Source: an uncultured archaeon
GTDB taxonomy: Archaea > Asgardarchaeota > Hermodarchaeia > Hermodarchaeales > Hermodarchaeaceae
Assembly: GCA_964347045.1 (NCBI GenBank)
Contig: CAYFXC010000004.1
Span: 129,660 to 166,984 of the forward strand
DNA: 37,325 nt
Reading direction: 5' to 3'
Positions 35,077 to 37,325 of this stretch are shown here, one piece after another. The translations under genes were made by a program, and so were the position numbers. Every line of letters begins with the position of its first letter. Within the stretch, counting starts at the first letter, position 1. The notes below the pieces were generated by a model. The model saw nothing but the letters and a program-made list of their open reading frames with translations. It searched no databases and had not been told where the DNA came from.

Positions 35077-36489
35077 TTGGAGTCGACGGAGGTTATCCAG
35101 GTGCAGCAACCCAAACTAGGATTAATCAACCCGAATGAGCTTGCTCTATTCCTAGATTACTATGAGTTAACAAGTGCAAAAGCCGACTTTGATCATAATA
35201 ATCAGGCAGTTGTGACTCAAGAATATTTCACTCGAAGAATACCTTTTGGGAGCTATTTGATTGCAGTAGGTCTGGAACAGGTTATCGCGTTTATTATGAA
35301 GTTACAGTTTGAAGAGAAAGACTTGGGATGGTTGGAAGCCACGGCAGGACCCGATTTTCGAAATGGATTTCTAGATTTCCTTATGAATTTCAAATTTAGC
35401 GGAGATATTTACGCAGTACCAGAAGGAACAGTAGTTTTCCCTAATGAGCCCATCATCAGTGTGACCGGCCCTACAATTGAAGTTCAACTCCTTGAAACCT
35501 ATTTACTCAATATAATGAATTTTCAATCGCTGATCGCAACAAAAACCTCGCGTATGGTTGATGCAGCAGAAGAACGTACTATAGTCGATTTTGGTGCACG
35601 GCGAGCTCATGGACGAGATGCCGCGCTACTAGCTGCAAGAGCAGCCTATATCGCTGGAGCAACAGGAACCTCACTGGTATTAGCGGGGAAAATGTGGGAT
35701 ATTCCCTACATTGGCACCATGCCTCATGCTTTTATTCAAAATCGATCGAATGAATTGGATGCATTTCGAGAGTACTCTAAATCATTTCCCCACAATACCA
35801 TTTTGTTGGTTGATACTTACGACACGATAGAAGGAGTTCGAAATGCCATTATTGTTGGCAAAGAATTGCATGAACAAGGATATCGCCTTACCGGGATTCG
35901 CTTAGATAGCGGTGATCTTGCCAGTTTAAGCAGTGAAGCTCGTAAACTATTAGATGCGGCAGGATTCAAAGATACGAAGATCTTTGTGAGTAGTGATCTC
36001 GACGAATATCGGATTGAAGAACTAGTCCGTGTTGGCGCGCCAATTGATGGTTTTGGTGTTGGCACCAGACTTGTCACAGGAGCCAACTACAACCCCATTA
36101 CCCGAGAAGGAGGCCCTTCGGCGCTTCCAGGTGTGTACAAACTTGTAGAGCGAATTGGAAAAGATGGACACCCTATCCCAAAAACCAAACTCAGTGCTGA
36201 CAAAGTGCTAATGCCCTACCGAAAACAAGTTCATCGTCAAATTGATGAAAATGGGATGTTTCATCGAGATACAATATCACGATGGGATGAGAAAATTCCG
36301 GATTCTGACCCTTTGCTTATTCCCATTATTCAAAATGGCTCCCTGATTTATAATTTCCCAACACTTGATAAAAGTCAACAGTACTGTAAAGAACAACTAA
36401 TACGCCTACCAAAGTCTTATCGGTTATTGAGCGAGGCACCAATTTTTCCTGTTAAACTGAGCACGCAGCTGGAGAATGCCTCGAGTTAG
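35077..36489 (+). CDS. pncB: Nicotinate phosphoribosyltransferase
   Basis: DYYELT, QLLET, DFGARRAHG, GTMPH, LVDTYDT, IRLDSGD, FGVGT and VYKLVE motifs. Start may be GTG 35101. Confidence 0.95.
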   Translation: MESTEVIQVQQPKLGLINPNELALFLDYYELTSAKADFDHNNQAVVTQEYFTRRIPFGSYLIAVGLEQVIAFIMKLQFEEKDLGWLEATAGPDFRNGFLDFLMNFKFSGDIYAVPEGTVVFPNEPIISVTGPTIEVQLLETYLLNIMNFQSLIATKTSRMVDAAEERTIVDFGARRAHGRDAALLAARAAYIAGATGTSLVLAGKMWDIPYIGTMPHAFIQNRSNELDAFREYSKSFPHNTILLVDTYDTIEGVRNAIIVGKELHEQGYRLTGIRLDSGDLASLSSEARKLLDAAGFKDTKIFVSSDLDEYRIEELVRVGAPIDGFGVGTRLVTGANYNPITREGGPSALPGVYKLVERIGKDGHPIPKTKLSADKVLMPYRKQVHRQIDENGMFHRDTISRWDEKIPDSDPLLIPIIQNGSLIYNFPTLDKSQQYCKEQLIRLPKSYRLLSEAPIFPVKLSTQLENASS

Positions 36490-36569
36490 AACCCAGACAA
36501 GAGTGACTCAAATCGCTTGGTGACCAACACGCAATTTCGATTCAAGAGCTTTTATTACAAACCATAAGC

Positions 36570-37109
36570 CTACTTATTGATATCTTTGATAATTGAAGCA
36601 GCATCGGATATGGTTGCACCATAATACTCCTTCAGATATTCAAGCCCAGACTCATGATCTTCGCCTGTGAAGGAATCAACACCATCTTCTGGAATTTCAA
36701 TTTTGTATCCACGGAAAAAAGCATCAGCAGCAGTATGACGAACACAAAGATGAGTATGAAGCCCTGTTAGAACAACGGTTTTGACATTTCGACTTCTAAG
36801 AATAGAATCTAGGGGTGTTTCAAAGAAGCTGCTGTACACGTGTTTTCCAATGATGATATCTTCATCGTTGGGAGCTAATTCGGGAATTACTTCAGCACCA
36901 TCTGTACCTTCAATGGCATGAGCCCCCCATTTCCCCATCTCAAAATCTGTTTCTAGGTGACTGTCGTTTGCGAAAATGACTGGTAGGTTTTGTTTATGAA
37001 AATTATCGATGAGGTCACGAATGTGTGGTATGATTCGTTGAGCACGTTCGCATTTGAGAGAGCCAGTAACAAAGTCATTTAACATGTCTACGATGATTAA
37101 GGCTTTCAT
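36570..37109 (-). CDS. pncA: Isochorismatase-family cysteine hydrolase, probable nicotinamidase
   Basis: IVDMLNDF, DSH, WGAH, K..YSSF and HLCV..TA.DA motifs; convergent with pncB. ORF open from 37184. Confidence 0.82.
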   Translation of the reverse strand: MKALIIVDMLNDFVTGSLKCERAQRIIPHIRDLIDNFHKQNLPVIFANDSHLETDFEMGKWGAHAIEGTDGAEVIPELAPNDEDIIIGKHVYSSFFETPLDSILRSRNVKTVVLTGLHTHLCVRHTAADAFFRGYKIEIPEDGVDSFTGEDHESGLEYLKEYYGATISDAASIIKDINK

Positions 37110-37186
37110 TGTACTCAACAGTGTAAAGGCGCTGTTCGGATAAAAGGCTATTGAACTATCGAAAAGCAATCTAGACGCTTGCAATC

Positions 37187-37201
37187 CTTAACTATGTTAA
37201 G
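37187..37201. promoter_or_regulatory. Palindrome CTTAAC-TAT-GTTAAG, candidate operator
   Basis: Perfect 6-3-6 repeat 14 bp upstream of TATAAA (37216-37221) of the ferritin gene. Confidence 0.45.
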
Positions 37202-37272
37202 AAGTTCACTACAAATATAAAGAGGAACTCTCAACGCATCAGGCAGTATTACAATTGCGGAAGTGATTAAAC

Positions 37273-37325
37273 ATGGAAATTAGCAAAGAACTTCAAGAAG
37301 CAATTAATGATCAAATTAACTTTGA
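37273..37325 (+). CDS. Ferritin, N-terminus only (truncated by the window)
   Basis: MEISKELQEAINDQINF(E) matches the 'S..L..A(I/L)N.QIN.E' start of prokaryotic ferritins; TATA box upstream. Only 17 full codons are visible. Confidence 0.75.
   Translation, partial: MEISKELQEAINDQINF

Noticed and set aside
766-36086. Many short antisense or alternate-frame ORFs in the track (e.g. 8098..8502, 10697..11131, 27017..27385, 28488..28883, 32463..32864, 33636..33941)
   Set aside because: They overlap well-supported genes and lack motifs or RBSs; treated as shadow ORFs.
1-37325. CRISPR arrays, tRNA/rRNA genes, transposases, integrases, defence genes
   Set aside because: No spaced direct repeats, cloverleaf signatures or mobile-element proteins were seen by eye.

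Overview
Archaeal chromosomal window. Evidence: mtd, FrhB/FpoF, tungsten AOR, TATA boxes, GGAGG/GGTGA RBSs and an IPGF C-terminal sorting signal. The gene content resembles an anaerobic Asgard or Bathyarchaeia-type organism (inference). 1-12 kb is an energy-metabolism cluster: a complex-I/Fpo-like membrane complex split into divergent operons (J1-J2-K-L-M-N on the minus strand; mobB then A-B-C on the plus strand). Its small subunit has the CxxC signature of group 4 [NiFe]-hydrogenases, and it lies next to mtd, an FpoF/FrhB-family gene, a frameshifted osmC and hypD. 12-17 kb is an SCP2-ADH-AOR run with two unknown genes. 17-29.6 kb holds housekeeping genes (phosphoesterases, threonine dehydratase, trmI, ybaK, NSS transporter) interleaved with a dispersed zinc-ribbon/SPFH set. 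29.6-33.7 kb has two paralogous secreted glycoprotein genes flanking a wHTH-RDD membrane regulator, each preceded by a conserved 51-bp promoter/operator. 33.7-37.3 kb encodes an Fe-S protein, peroxiredoxin, pncB/pncA and the start of ferritin. I saw no rRNA, tRNA, CRISPR array or mobile element. All family calls come from motif recognition by eye; no searches were run.
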